A stretch of DNA of 64,000 bases from a virus. The notes beneath the pieces are model-generated. The model was not told where the DNA came from. It was given only the letters and a program-made list of their open reading frames with translations, and did not search any database. Position numbers and translations under genes: made by a program. Below are positions 10,301-17,498 of this stretch, piece by piece. The stretch spans positions 18,653-82,652 of the IMG/VR virus record IMGVR_UViG_3300034092_002634; one strand, 5' to 3'. Position 1 is the first letter of the stretch, and each line of letters begins with the position of its first letter.

Positions 10301-13264
10301 TGGAGCAACCCCGGCTGTTTCGTAATCCGAAATCATTTGAGTGACTTCATCAACTCCCATGCCGGCAGCGCCACCTCGTCGCCTAATTGAAGCAACTATT
10401 TGATTTTTTATTGCTGGGGCTGCCAAAGTCAACACGCGTTTAATTAATTCTTTGGGATCCATCGACGTGTCTAACTCAGCAAGTTGCTTAAGTGATTCAG
10501 AATCTATCGCTTGCAGATGCGGAAGTTTAGCTTGCACCTCTTGAAATAGACTCTGCTCTTCTGCGTCAAGGTCGGTTGAAGTTGCTAACTTAGCATACTC
10601 AATTAAGGGAATACCGCCAGAGCCGTAACTACCCATTTCTGCGGATGCTTGAACAATTGATTGCAAACCTTTCTTTGTTCTGTAGCCACCACCAAGCGAT
10701 TGATCAAGCTCTTCTCCCTCAAGCATTTTACCGCTGGCGTCTGTCGCACGTGCTGCATGATACATACCAGTAATGACATTACCCGCAGAAGCAGACTGTC
10801 GAGATAAACCAAAAGCATCACTTATAATTTCGATAAACTCTCGATTTTGCTGACCTGACGATACTGTGCCGGCTGAGTCTAACTGCTGCGTAATTGGCGT
10901 AGTTTGATAGCGGTCTAGTGCCATAGACTGACCGGACGTCATATACTCTACTAACGACTGTACGGGACTAGTTCCATAAGAGGGCCTTGCTGGAATTGTG
11001 AGTCCCGATTGTGCAAGTCCCGCAGAAACTTCCTGAGCCTTGCTCATAATCGGCGCTACCGCATCAGGTGTTGCAGGAATGGATCCAATAGACTGTTTAA
11101 ATAAAACAGTTAGTGCTTGATCTCGCGTTAACGCCGGAGCTGTGTTACTGCCCGGAAGTGCTATCTGTCCACGTCTTTGCGCTAACTTTTTTTCCTCTTC
11201 TGGATTTTCAGATTCAGCCAGAATCTCATCCAGTAACTGTATCTCTTTGCCAAGCTTTGCCGACTCAGTTCTGTAGCGATTAGCCATTGCTGGAGCCGCA
11301 GTTACCATACTGAGATCCGCCTGATCTCTCTGATAAACAAGTCTTTCGCGCAAACGTTTTGCGTGAGTTACTGCCAACGTAACTTCCTGTTCTTGTTCCG
11401 GAGCAACTGTCTGCTCTACAAAACGACTAGCGGACTGATCTGAAACAGCCCCTGTCGAAGTATATTGATTTATTAAATCGCCCGCAAACAAAGCAACAAA
11501 CTTTCGTACTGGATCTCCAGTAACTATCGCCCCTCTAGGTCCCCGAGTTCCAGCCATTCTACCAAAAGCTGTTGTGTGTTCTGACAAAATTGAACTAGAT
11601 TGAATCGCCTCCACAACCATTTTTGCAAGAGATTCAGGCAAGTCTACAGTCTGCCCTGCGATCGAAGCGGGCCTTATGTTTCCTTCTTCTATGTCCTGCA
11701 TAACGGTTGAAAAGAGCGCGTCAACCGCCTTTTGTACTTCGGCGTCCATGCCCCCACCGAAAACGGCGCTTGAGCTTCCGGCTACTACTTGGGAACCGGC
11801 ACGAACGTCTACGCCTTGCGCTTCCGAACTGTAACGACGCGTAGGATTTAGTGAAGCTTTAAGTGATTGAATATACTTTGAAATGTTAGCACCAATTCTG
11901 GTTACCTGTCCCGGAAATACTCGGCTACTCCGTAAAGCGTCTACTACTTGAGGACTACCGTCTTCTCCGGCATTTTGTATGCTAAAGTCAGTTCCCAAAA
12001 ATAACGCAGAAGAATCTACTTCTTCTGCAGTACCTGGATCGACTGTTCGGCTTCTTGGTATTACCGGTCGAGTCGTTGCTTCTGCAACTACCGTTTTCAA
12101 TCTTTTCAGCAACTGATCAAAAGCCGCCGGACGTAAAAACTCAAAACCTTCAGTACTTAAAGCTGTTTCTCCTACTCTTCCTGCTGCACCATTCTCAAGT
12201 CTAGTTACCAACATTTCAACGGCTCTGGTTAGAGCGGACTCAATTTCAGAACTGCTAGCTACTGGAGACATTGCCGCATTAAGTATAGGGTCGTCTAATT
12301 TTACTGCCCGCAATGCTTCAATAATTGGGGCAATAATTGATTCTTGTGCCGTTTGTCGCTGTGTGTTGCTTACTGTGCCAGAAGATTGATTTATCTTTTT
12401 GAATGCTTGCTTAATTTGCTGATTTATTCTATTTTTGTCCGCAGGAACAGTTGCCTCTTCTCGGTCTTTTACAAGTTTTTGAAGTTCGGCGACAATCGGG
12501 GCAATTTCCGGACGAGTTTCGGCTGGATTTTCGTGACGCAGTTGAGTATTCACATATTTAACAATTGCCGAAACGGAGGCGTTTTCGGGAGGCCTTGCTC
12601 CGCCCGATTGAGCTACGCTGACTCGTCCTCCTCGATTCGGTGTAACAGCATAACTTGTAGCGGAACGAGTATCCGGTGTAGTAAGTGCCCATTTCATGTC
12701 TGCGTACTCAGGATCCGCAACTGGTGAACTTGATTGAGAGCTTCTTACCGAAGTTCTCATCTTAGCTTGTGTTCTTCTAACCATATCCCTAAGAGTATCT
12801 TCTCGTTCATCTATTTGCTGATCTAGTTGTGCGAGCAAAAGTTCAAAGTTAATGCTTCTGTCTGTATGTCTTTTTACAACCGCTGGCCTGTTCTCACCAC
12901 GAATCTCCTGTACTCTTGCTCTTCTCTCTTCGTCTAGTTTGTCTTGTACTTCCTTACGCCTACGTGCTGCATCCGAAACTACAGGTGTTGAACGAACACC
13001 GCCCGAGACAGGACTTTCGTCAGCTGATGATTTTACTGAAAGTGAGCTTACAACTTTAATCTCATTTTCTAACTCGTTGATAACTTTGCTAGCTATTTTA
13101 GCATCTGCTGTAATTTCTTTTAAATATCCGGCTAAACCACCTTCGTGTGCGTTTGCTTTGCTTTGTATAACCTTCTCAAAAACAATAGCGGCTTCCTCAC
13201 TAGTACTTTTTAAAAGCGTTAGTGTTTCAATTAACTCTACTAATTGTTGTATTTTAACTGACAT
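1..13264 (-). CDS. Giant (>=4421 aa, runs off window) tape-measure-position polyvalent virion protein
   Basis: ATG at 13264 with AGGTGG RBS. Hand translation (MSVKIQQLVELIETL...) found no stop down to position 2. Missing from the ORF track because it has no stop in the window. Follows tail tube and tail-assembly chaperones; Ala/Glu-rich helical segments with embedded enzyme motifs. Confidence 0.88.
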   Translation of the reverse strand, partial: MSVKIQQLVELIETLTLLKSTSEEAAIVFEKVIQSKANAHEGGLAGYLKEITADAKIASKVINELENEIKVVSSLSVKSSADESPVSGGVRSTPVVSDAARRRKEVQDKLDEERRARVQEIRGENRPAVVKRHTDRSINFELLLAQLDQQIDEREDTLRDMVRRTQAKMRTSVRSSQSSSPVADPEYADMKWALTTPDTRSATSYAVTPNRGGRVSVAQSGGARPPENASVSAIVKYVNTQLRHENPAETRPEIAPIVAELQKLVKDREEATVPADKNRINQQIKQAFKKINQSSGTVSNTQRQTAQESIIAPIIEALRAVKLDDPILNAAMSPVASSSEIESALTRAVEMLVTRLENGAAGRVGETALSTEGFEFLRPAAFDQLLKRLKTVVAEATTRPVIPRSRTVDPGTAEEVDSSALFLGTDFSIQNAGEDGSPQVVDALRSSRVFPGQVTRIGANISKYIQSLKASLNPTRRYSSEAQGVDVRAGSQVVAGSSSAVFGGGMDAEVQKAVDALFSTVMQDIEEGNIRPASIAGQTVDLPESLAKMVVEAIQSSSILSEHTTAFGRMAGTRGPRGAIVTGDPVRKFVALFAGDLINQYTSTGAVSDQSASRFVEQTVAPEQEQEVTLAVTHAKRLRERLVYQRDQADLSMVTAAPAMANRYRTESAKLGKEIQLLDEILAESENPEEEKKLAQRRGQIALPGSNTAPALTRDQALTVLFKQSIGSIPATPDAVAPIMSKAQEVSAGLAQSGLTIPARPSYGTSPVQSLVEYMTSGQSMALDRYQTTPITQQLDSAGTVSSGQQNREFIEIISDAFGLSRQSASAGNVITGMYHAARATDASGKMLEGEELDQSLGGGYRTKKGLQSIVQASAEMGSYGSGGIPLIEYAKLATSTDLDAEEQSLFQEVQAKLPHLQAIDSESLKQLAELDTSMDPKELIKRVLTLAAPAIKNQIVASIRRRGGAAGMGVDEVTQMISDYETAGVAPAGFQDEFRALAMFDPANINTTDVSAAVNRSLSLFSNLLTDNVQSGEGMPQFAARVLGRQDRLVGTGPDVAAAVPDQGASYSLLGKGAEVANQESGQVVGGAYGRNVENEIKIQEAMREFEQLTAEIEEMRSRIALAPHEADKILPVIDQKNNQLKILKQKLATYKASEPDPISQKFEYLSTIAQMDNIDPATRSGAIYDLGIMQEIFNQTGRYQIDESQGYGTGTQEQRLTNLMAHKAKLDNLQKLREERAALEAELPGDGPAKAVEAVIKESDVDGEIAAVKKDISDMRSEGAGSEKAIDVLSYADTIDEEIAIDENAVPLKIPRINLTERKNITEDVTAEDESVFVHSTTGEDQLIESPAFVAFLASKEEQEAKGNQDRLAIRQNAETGTLTAAVADGVSKAWFSTHLAEMLVQEAANLPADEPFTTESILARVNNRSAQTEVNDLLQLFAADDKDSTARLMLNRAGLQKTDESRNQFIEFLKPFEEAGTSPTVGELIKYLHSRQDKKDSGQIAGATFAAYRRTRSSEGYKHEFVTAGDALIESADLGISKETLGEDKGGYTGPSTAAIGATESGIMHEGRVLAVESKTPARVFLASDAYSHSGQFSKLDPEVDTEGFVGLGERLLLDEGELGTLQDDRSFIGITGSEQIGPVVKTGGLVKESFSETQSTEHLEASLAQEKRKLSQIKQAMTDEPDIDERLEKERQEDIERAKDKFERKKSLLNLIELTHKDIVDEYDAALQARLKRNSLSYEEAEENKATLQRLQQTPEMQKVFKARDEAHRAQKEYEAAEQTRPISARKAKVVTEANIQAIEGELVKRGILTTASETATPETPVSVISTPETIDEEIARVQGEIAALESPATKLAREAAERGVTGQGQVAGRTYVHPDVSHGELTYMSRRSTLPLTADYPEQISERFAKTGRIDISPEVPGSDASRVVNAAVAETLGLSVGPEVMPEVSAITPDNVPDTSASNRASAGAVPYFFVPGQSEPMVVVGQSTKSYKGRGVAIPVMGTVDPGQTQWQAAEREAQEELGVVFDPKADVPVAISPTTTDAFYMRRVQSVSPAATHFETQGVQILPLSAAIGQIDASRMSTQRDVAAGREALVALQAMVASGEITNDQEETPISNEQTQKMIELTAELTELEAKKKAAITGEDAQTIVDQEIAAGEEKVAALEQEIQRTEKLKTLQEVTIRSKKRQIEKQSVTGPVTIQEYQRPNFAYSYEAPGSRAEQESVFDELVEELFDSVPSEEYIAQLDSEIEKLDSLLKPEEEKRQAEIESFEPLKKRANRGIKEGTQESGMPPLLDAFARLGLDMENGEISTDSPFVGLDFGNIIGAAISMAPEDEKDRDSWNPEDLTAILNNAAENPEAAQALIERANLLASDPASKEKSEESKKRDRLKLKRAMLEDFAIEDESNPPEMHQPSWDIQRARRVNQGIRAKNEDVAARLQKIEEIDKLAEEDKAILQDLGVTVSPTDSSESVTTSVLNAASTEIARMILEDRAPSADRPVLSVDELRVGRNEELHKLPEEILDVGLAGNKNTLRETIGFESARRTQGMTGPAITVPTLAGLLANKDQLLLDKDGQPILIYRGEDEDQVAAKQGETPLAYEAVEREGDPLAVFPSEFPMAMGGGSRYGEGLYHTSTRTGSETDEEQSPDTSREVAHGYRSKSVEGEIRSSVNVSALLSTASLLDADSEMIQKAQQRVDERRIALGLTPLPKDTASAMRGGVEDVMEELYREKVDPTARLQSDILNEADMLMLPYGGGSSNINLGVKSYPVSRRTDVPEEVQTRLQALHEEFVAAPKPDELAVAMGYDAIRYRAEHNPNTPVHLNLFNAAATALVLDPVIPNTAKHLGSESLSLQVEPTLREEAKYSETERRAQELQSQLEQQKQQLEALKARSEALKQEAAAASTPSVDVTAVTEESKRVADETVKVSADIKVPTEEIQKRKADVDAKIAEAEQAVAQSQQVIELMQRQAQGLDTEDSDIRFVVDNTGIPVSYEDKQVIDRTSLRPLVRTKMTVDDTGESGFVSNLNVRDIVDQAEAVKPTAELMDEISKMSDADLAAVKMPRATLSPEDQAIDDELKRKSREAQNYASRLYNTEGPISAAIKEYYRTPSGDRKDELLKTHPELKTIVDEIQKQENLVIQHDASRAALTAPAVAAAESSASPLQLAARLFRSSRAAVRAYETEFGVEPAFSAREVMDELLASSARAEVDSAPAGSAETAVALDKTISSFEGGIPEIKGSTDRAPRRPRRAPADVVADVEQPYTENQLKYARAQVRALAGRTDLTAEQKRQLSEARKKLHNYAMKRLTTNFGDNKGVMQIANVVAGLTPPDWAKDDVQSARVSAISQAMASLKPIQLAKLKDADLTNPVQMDILSRDPALQPIMAMLADQDIESVLKFRSGTTEYDEAKGLLGAIKGARERIVVPEPDEPTTSTAAEAKRLFFDLETNIAKKPEDRLIFQAATGVNDGAVTDMYAVPLDSSAEEINRIAADPTIPDDEKRKLIRALALKREGKLPLVEGRASGNDVSSGVIDKLVDTAMSGRQIMSQGQIRKNLQLQIEGATTVAGHNIQKFDLPTVYGGTMAVPDAVKAKTEDTLLMSRDMYPGSHTLGATYEAVTGDPLVDAHDAAVDTRAVQRIFPQVSDPEERAKVTEAYLAKHGIAVDSTVGQLVATPKLEDIADAEERKKATSRVAAAHSFYRPLADMQEFTRRIARRGDKTILRDADRTVAAEQDWYDMSASEKSSLFDRMNSMFAGDLKGKKIEELNPEELGEFVKKINTEYLEPNADAAVGGDFGGMKRLLEEKVGGGMSFRDFRAKDARVADIKGKTIEDVVATADLSPVTVGPAISKETVGDAIEDISLATERPTKVKTPGSAPSVTASTSDGGSKEPPREPPVTFSDDADSGERGGPGGGITTIASATIDTLHAGAVEINIHGGNVTIDANFSAGAAEKMQKSLVYISNKDGMNVNGDVTSVGTGGGGGGYRRVSVADRSILNQLDAAKNQIAGQLQTETDPATRERLRGNLNEVSRQAIRAIIEPKVKAIDSEGMEPYVNERFYYGDETTDSKESLTYYNDAVAQAHQDLTTQLEAQQAIPEGTDGRDEEIQRIQKQISLVEELINALTELNQAEQRVGSATSTRAIVDPTEVKKPAYPTNNSGYRKLSPEDRASLAVLDATKNSISEQLRTEQDPEARARLKETLTGASKKAIADIIKPKATKLLGYGFVNTVDALSTSPEDSLVNYSQAAQSKLSELNGRLFMIESEREDAPGREEAIERTKREIQQVHELIDALTELNQAEQRVGAAGATRNAESPYGPKPTADPRAGANKYRKVSFADQASFNVLESTKNEVSARLRDETDSAARDALRQSLVNASERAINEVIKPKAAKVLNPTQLAALSALPMGPEEALVSYNEMAQYNLNN
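2340..2950 (-). other. DEDDh (DnaQ-like) 3'-5' exonuclease domain within giant ORF
   Basis: ExoI LFFDLET, ExoII AGHNIQKFD, EDTL, ExoIII AHDAAVD, all in frame. Confidence 0.85.
4760..5560 (-). other. ADP-ribosyltransferase-like (ART-PolyVal/MuF-type) domain within giant ORF
   Basis: DKDGQPILIYRG ... GSRYGEGLYHTS ... VAHGY ... AMGYDAIRY ... HLNLFN; the terminal catalytic Glu is not evident. Confidence 0.6.
7000..7370 (-). other. Nudix hydrolase domain within giant ORF
   Basis: Nudix box GTVDPGQTQWQAAEREAQEELGV at 7184-7252 (GX5[E>Q]X7REUXEEXGU), preceded by the SAGAVPY strand. Confidence 0.8.
8360..9200 (-). other. PP2C/PPM-type Ser/Thr phosphatase domain within giant ORF
   Basis: In-frame motifs in the correct order: GNQD, AVADGVS, GATFAA, TAGDA, FLASDA, QDDRSFIGI. 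Confidence 0.8.
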
Positions 13265-13274
13265 TTAGCACCAC

Positions 13275-13649
13275 CTACATAAATAATTTGAACGTCTCCG
13301 CCTCCTCCTTCAAGTCTTTTTCTTCCTGTTTCTTTATTTGTTGAAGTTTGCGGCGGACGCTAGCTTCTAAAGATTTTTGTTTAATGGCAATAATAGCAGC
13401 CATGTCACCGTAACTTAGCTTACCAAGTTTCTTAGCGTTGAGTGCTGTGTACTGCGTCGAATTGAGAAAGTGATCAATCCACATTGCGAGCTCGTCTTTT
13501 GTTGACGTGGCTGTCGCAAGCAGTTGACCCGCCGCGTTATTCTTGGACGGGCTCCTGTACAGTGGCGTCCTTTTCAAGTGTCTCGAGGTATTTTTCGAAA
13601 GCATCTTTTGATATTTTTCCAAGAGTCCAAATATTTTCCGCGAGTTCAC
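13275..13649 (-). CDS. Tail assembly chaperone, second (T-like) segment
   Basis: Overlaps the 3' end of the chaperone gene and abuts the giant ORF; alternative independent ATG at 13484. Confidence 0.55.
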   Translation of the reverse strand: MNSRKIFGLLEKYQKMLSKNTSRHLKRTPLYRSPSKNNAAGQLLATATSTKDELAMWIDHFLNSTQYTALNAKKLGKLSYGDMAAIIAIKQKSLEASVRRKLQQIKKQEEKDLKEEAETFKLFM

Positions 13650-13938
13650 GTACTACCTCCCCATTCGCGTCAAGCAACTTCTTGGCCTGCGCTGAGTTCA
13701 TTTTTGGTCTGATTAGCCCTTCGACAATAGTATTAATAGTGAATTCGGAGTTGTCCATTTCTCCATTTTTCTGCGACAGTTGATTAATCTTTTCCATCTG
13801 TGCGAAGCTTAGTGCGCGAATGCGTAATCTTTTTTTCAGCCCCTTAATAGTCAAGTCAACCTCTAACATCGAATCATCCGTCAATAAATCATCTACGTTA
13901 TCGTAGTATTCTCCGGATCCGAATGCGTAATCTAACAT
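13537..13938 (-). CDS. Tail assembly chaperone (G-like)
   Basis: Between tail tube and tape-measure-position gene; RIRALS...GLIRPKM pattern typical of chaperones; AGGAG RBS. Confidence 0.7.
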   Translation of the reverse strand: MLDYAFGSGEYYDNVDDLLTDDSMLEVDLTIKGLKKRLRIRALSFAQMEKINQLSQKNGEMDNSEFTINTIVEGLIRPKMNSAQAKKLLDANGEVVRELAENIWTLGKISKDAFEKYLETLEKDATVQEPVQE

Positions 13939-13957
13939 CTTGTTTTCTCCTTAAATT

Positions 13958-14003
13958 TAAAAAAAAGTGACCCCCTCTAATAGTAATCTATCAGAGGGGG
14001 TGC
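13958..14003 (-). terminator. Rho-independent terminator after tail tube gene
   Basis: CCCCCTCT/AGAGGGGG stem followed on the minus strand by a T run (A run at 13959-13966). Confidence 0.7.
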
Positions 14004-14018
14004 ATTAACTACTTAATA

Positions 14019-14456
14019 CTAAGCAGGGTAATCGCCGTTGACTGCCGTGGTGACCGAGAAACCGCCGTTGTCCATGAAGTCAAACGAAACAGTAACCTGG
14101 TCGTTTGCAGCATTGGTCAACTGGTAACCGGTGATGATTGCCGAAGGAATGGTCATGGTGTAGCCACCCTTGGAAACCAACGAAACACCGATGTATTCAC
14201 CGGAGTTCGAGATGTTGATCAAGCGGGTGTGCGTGTCCTGTTGTGCGATTGGCAACGTGACTTGGAATGAACCATTGACACGCTTCGTGGTGGTGAAGGT
14301 GTACATCTTGCCGTTGTCGTTCAAGAAAGGACCAGCATCGACCTGCTGGGTCTGGAGGCTGGCCTGCCACTGCGATACAAACTTAACATTGTCGTAACCA
14401 GTGTCAGCTGCGTTACGAATCTTCAAATACCCTTCAATACCTTTTACGATACTCAT
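14019..14456 (-). CDS. Major tail (tube) protein
   Basis: 145 aa, beta-strand pattern, highly expressed-type codon bias, siphoviral synteny. Confidence 0.7.
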   Translation of the reverse strand: MSIVKGIEGYLKIRNAADTGYDNVKFVSQWQASLQTQQVDAGPFLNDNGKMYTFTTTKRVNGSFQVTLPIAQQDTHTRLINISNSGEYIGVSLVSKGGYTMTIPSAIITGYQLTNAANDQVTVSFDFMDNGGFSVTTAVNGDYPA

Positions 14457-14595
14457 TAACGTAATTCTCCTAAATTAAATTTGATTGGGTGCGGTTATAA
14501 ATCCGGCTTACTTTTAATAAGCCGAACAGAAGAGCGGAGAAAATAAGCGTGCTACATCCTCCGCGACTTTTTAATATAAAGCCAAGAACTGATAC

Positions 14596-15024
14596 TTACC
14601 TCGGGGTTATAAAAGTTTCAACACCAATAGCCGATGTATAAATAGCTGTGCTATTTAATCGCTCTACCGGATAAGAGTACACTTTATACGGGTAAAACTG
14701 AACGTCGTACGGTATCGAAATATTTGCAATACCTGAAACAACGAAAGGAACAGTGAAGTTGTTGGCCAGTTGAGCAAGGGAGTCTGATGCTCCGGCTAAT
14801 GTACTGTCGACGGAACGCATCGTTATAATGCCTTTCCAGGCAGACATGTTAAGCATGCTGTAACTGTAACCAAGACTGCTATCACTTTGATATATTAAAT
14901 AGGGATAGGGCGCTTCTGGCGGAGCAGCATTGAAAAATACGCGACCGCTGTACTGTCCAGATATCTGCACTAATGCCCTGGATACTATGCGCCAAATGTT
15001 TGGGTAGAGTGCGTTTATAATCAT
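14596..15024 (-). CDS. Tail terminator/completion protein
   Basis: GRVFFNAAPPEAPYPYLIY motif typical of DUF3168/gp17-like proteins; synteny. Confidence 0.7.
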   Translation of the reverse strand: MIINALYPNIWRIVSRALVQISGQYSGRVFFNAAPPEAPYPYLIYQSDSSLGYSYSMLNMSAWKGIITMRSVDSTLAGASDSLAQLANNFTVPFVVSGIANISIPYDVQFYPYKVYSYPVERLNSTAIYTSAIGVETFITPR

Positions 15025-15653
15025 GCGGTACCTTTACCAGATAATACACTATCTATTAATGTAGTTATATATTTGTCAATTTCCGGATCTAGCTCTTTCA
15101 TAAACTTGTCAAAATACAATGTTTGTACGCGATCTACTAACTCAGAAAGCATGTCTTCTATCTCAGGCATCGACGCGTCTCTTACTGCGCTATCTACGGC
15201 TTTTTCGACAATAACGTCTAGGCCGGGTCCATCGATTTTTCCATTTTTGATTAAAAGCACAATTTCGTTTGCTAGCTTGTACAGCTGCATAATTGAGTCG
15301 TCTAGCAGAGCTGTTTTTAAAGGATTCTCAAGTGTTTCTAAACTAAGAGAATCTTCTAAAGGATTTTTGAGGTTTTCTAAACTAAGCACAGGCTGACCTG
15401 TGTTTTGTTTTATTTCTTTATCTGTATCTTTAAATGAATTAAGTCTATCTCTAAATTTTTTATTATTTGTTACATCGGACTGCCGCAAGGTTCGACCGTA
15501 CATTTTTGCTTCTTCTTCAGGACTAATGTCCGCCAAAGTATCTAAGTACTCTTCGACATTCCTCTTTACAAGACTGTTAATAACTTGACCAATCTGGGAA
15601 TTGAGGTTATCTAACGTAGTAACAAATGACTTAATCCGATCGATTACGTCCAT
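15021..15653 (-). CDS. Putative neck/virion morphogenesis protein
   Basis: Translationally coupled ORF in the head-tail connector block. Confidence 0.4.
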   Translation of the reverse strand: MDVIDRIKSFVTTLDNLNSQIGQVINSLVKRNVEEYLDTLADISPEEEAKMYGRTLRQSDVTNNKKFRDRLNSFKDTDKEIKQNTGQPVLSLENLKNPLEDSLSLETLENPLKTALLDDSIMQLYKLANEIVLLIKNGKIDGPGLDVIVEKAVDSAVRDASMPEIEDMLSELVDRVQTLYFDKFMKELDPEIDKYITTLIDSVLSGKGTA

Positions 15654-16024
15654 TACTTCTGCTTCTCAATAGAAACAATAAAGGCACCCATTAAGGAGTG
15701 CTTTTCGGGGACACTTGTTACGTCGTATACCACAGAGTTAAAAACAATCTTATCTCTCGTATTAATTACAGTCGTGTACGGTAGTTGAATACGCAGTGCA
15801 GACTGACTAATTAAAATTTGAAGATTATCCTGAGAGTTTTGAGAAGCATTTATTTTTCCGGATTTATTGATAATGCGGCAGGGTGTGGCTGCAGAGTCTG
15901 TAAAGGACTCTGCATACTCACCGTCAATTGTGTTGAACCCGTTAAAAACTTTAATAATACAGGTATCAACCAGAAACAATTCTGACTGCTCCCGTATATA
16001 TAAAGCGTTACTAATCAACGACAT
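15653..16024 (-). CDS. Head-tail adaptor/head closure protein
   Basis: Likely start MSLISN; LPYTTVINTRDKIVFNSVVYDV pattern; synteny. Confidence 0.6.
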   Translation of the reverse strand: MSLISNALYIREQSELFLVDTCIIKVFNGFNTIDGEYAESFTDSAATPCRIINKSGKINASQNSQDNLQILISQSALRIQLPYTTVINTRDKIVFNSVVYDVTSVPEKHSLMGAFIVSIEKQK

Positions 16025-16523
16025 CCTGCACCGCCTTAATTCGAGCCTCAATGGCCTGAACTTTCTTTACCGATTTATTTTCGGAGACGGCATAATCTTT
16101 AATTCTTTCCAGAGTGGAAACAGAGTCGAACTTTTCCAGACGCGATGTAAACTCAACCATGGACCGCAAATCTACAATTTCTGCGACTTCCGAGTCAGAT
16201 ATAAAGTTTCTCGTGTCAATGGGGAGCTGCGACTCATGGTAATCTTTTAACAGCCCTTTTGCAAAAAGACCTTTGTTTAGGCGCCGAAACATCTTGTCTT
16301 CTATTTCTGAATAGATTTCAATTACCTCGTCTTCGTACACAAAAGCTTTTCTACTGTTTGACGATAAATCGAAATTCTCTTCGTCGGTACTCAGTAACCA
16401 CCCAACGTTGACTTTTGTGTCGGTGGGATCAACACGAAGACCGGCAAGCATGTTGATTGGCACCTTTGCGTATTTTTTATACGCCTCTTCCGCAACTGTT
16501 GGGTAAATGTTGTTCATTGCCAT
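16011..16523 (-). CDS. Hypothetical protein downstream of capsid
   Basis: ORF with AAGGA RBS before MAMNNIYP. Confidence 0.6.
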   Translation of the reverse strand: MAMNNIYPTVAEEAYKKYAKVPINMLAGLRVDPTDTKVNVGWLLSTDEENFDLSSNSRKAFVYEDEVIEIYSEIEDKMFRRLNKGLFAKGLLKDYHESQLPIDTRNFISDSEVAEIVDLRSMVEFTSRLEKFDSVSTLERIKDYAVSENKSVKKVQAIEARIKAVQDVVD

Positions 16524-16534
16524 AGTTAATTCCT

Positions 16535-17488
16535 TTAAGAAGTAATCTTGATTACACCGATGTTTTGTGGCATGTCGACAACCAAACCGTAAGACATCCA
16601 AGCGTGAAGCGTGTAGTCTGCTGGTTGAATGTTCATGTCGACACTTTCTTGATATTCAGTACCGCCGTACAACAAGACCTCTCCTGCGTTGTTACCAACG
16701 AGAATAATCTTGTCTTCTGGAATGAGTGCTGCCCGTGGATTTGGGAGGTCGTTCTTGAACACCTGTGGAAGTTCAATCAACGGTACGCCCATGTAGTACG
16801 AAACACGATTTGTGTTGAGGTATTCGAGCAACTTCTCGTTAACCGGGTACGCAATTGTGTTCGATGTGCCACTGTAAATGTACTCGCGGAAAGCAGCAAA
16901 CTTATAAATAGGAAGCAATGCTTTACGAGTCCCAATGATAGCTTTGACACCGCCTGCGGTGTACATGACATTCTCCATCAACGTATCCAATGCCGTGTAG
17001 GTCAAGGCAGCGGTTTCGACGTAGTGTGAAGGCGTGTTGGCTGTGGTCCATACCGAGGACAGCAAGTTGAACACACGGTTCACCAAATTGTCGGTAAGGT
17101 CGAACGCAAGCTGCTGACGCATCATTTCGACCGTGATCATGTTGCCCTGCTGCACGTTCCAAAGACTCTCACGCACACCGCCGATCAAGCGATCGAACAC
17201 ATATGAATGATAATCCTGGACAGTGGTTGGCTGACTGACTAAATGACTGGTGCCTGGTACCATCGACTGAACCGAGTACTTACCACGACGAAGACGTCGG
17301 ATAATCGGGTCGCCGATGTTAGCTTGGCGGGTGGGCATAAATGTATTGAAAAGATCCAGTGTCAAGTGATTTGGCTCAACCATCTGTACAATCAATTCTG
17401 CGAATGCGGACTTACCTGAAAGAGTAGTCCCGGCCGTTTTTGCCGTCTCAGCCAGGGCTTTCTGAAATTTCTCTGTTTCGTTCATCAT
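16535..17488 (-). CDS. Major capsid protein (HK97 fold)
   Basis: 317 aa, follows protease/decoration genes; YYMGVPLIELP and C-terminal YGLVV..PQNIGVI pattern. Confidence 0.8.
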   Translation of the reverse strand: MMNETEKFQKALAETAKTAGTTLSGKSAFAELIVQMVEPNHLTLDLFNTFMPTRQANIGDPIIRRLRRGKYSVQSMVPGTSHLVSQPTTVQDYHSYVFDRLIGGVRESLWNVQQGNMITVEMMRQQLAFDLTDNLVNRVFNLLSSVWTTANTPSHYVETAALTYTALDTLMENVMYTAGGVKAIIGTRKALLPIYKFAAFREYIYSGTSNTIAYPVNEKLLEYLNTNRVSYYMGVPLIELPQVFKNDLPNPRAALIPEDKIILVGNNAGEVLLYGGTEYQESVDMNIQPADYTLHAWMSYGLVVDMPQNIGVIKITS

Positions 17489-17498
17489 CTACTCCTAA

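Noticed and set aside
935-13268. Many plus-strand ORFs (and short minus ORFs) listed in the track
   Set aside because: Antisense or off-frame shadows of the single giant minus-strand ORF; Ser/Leu/Phe-rich with no motifs.
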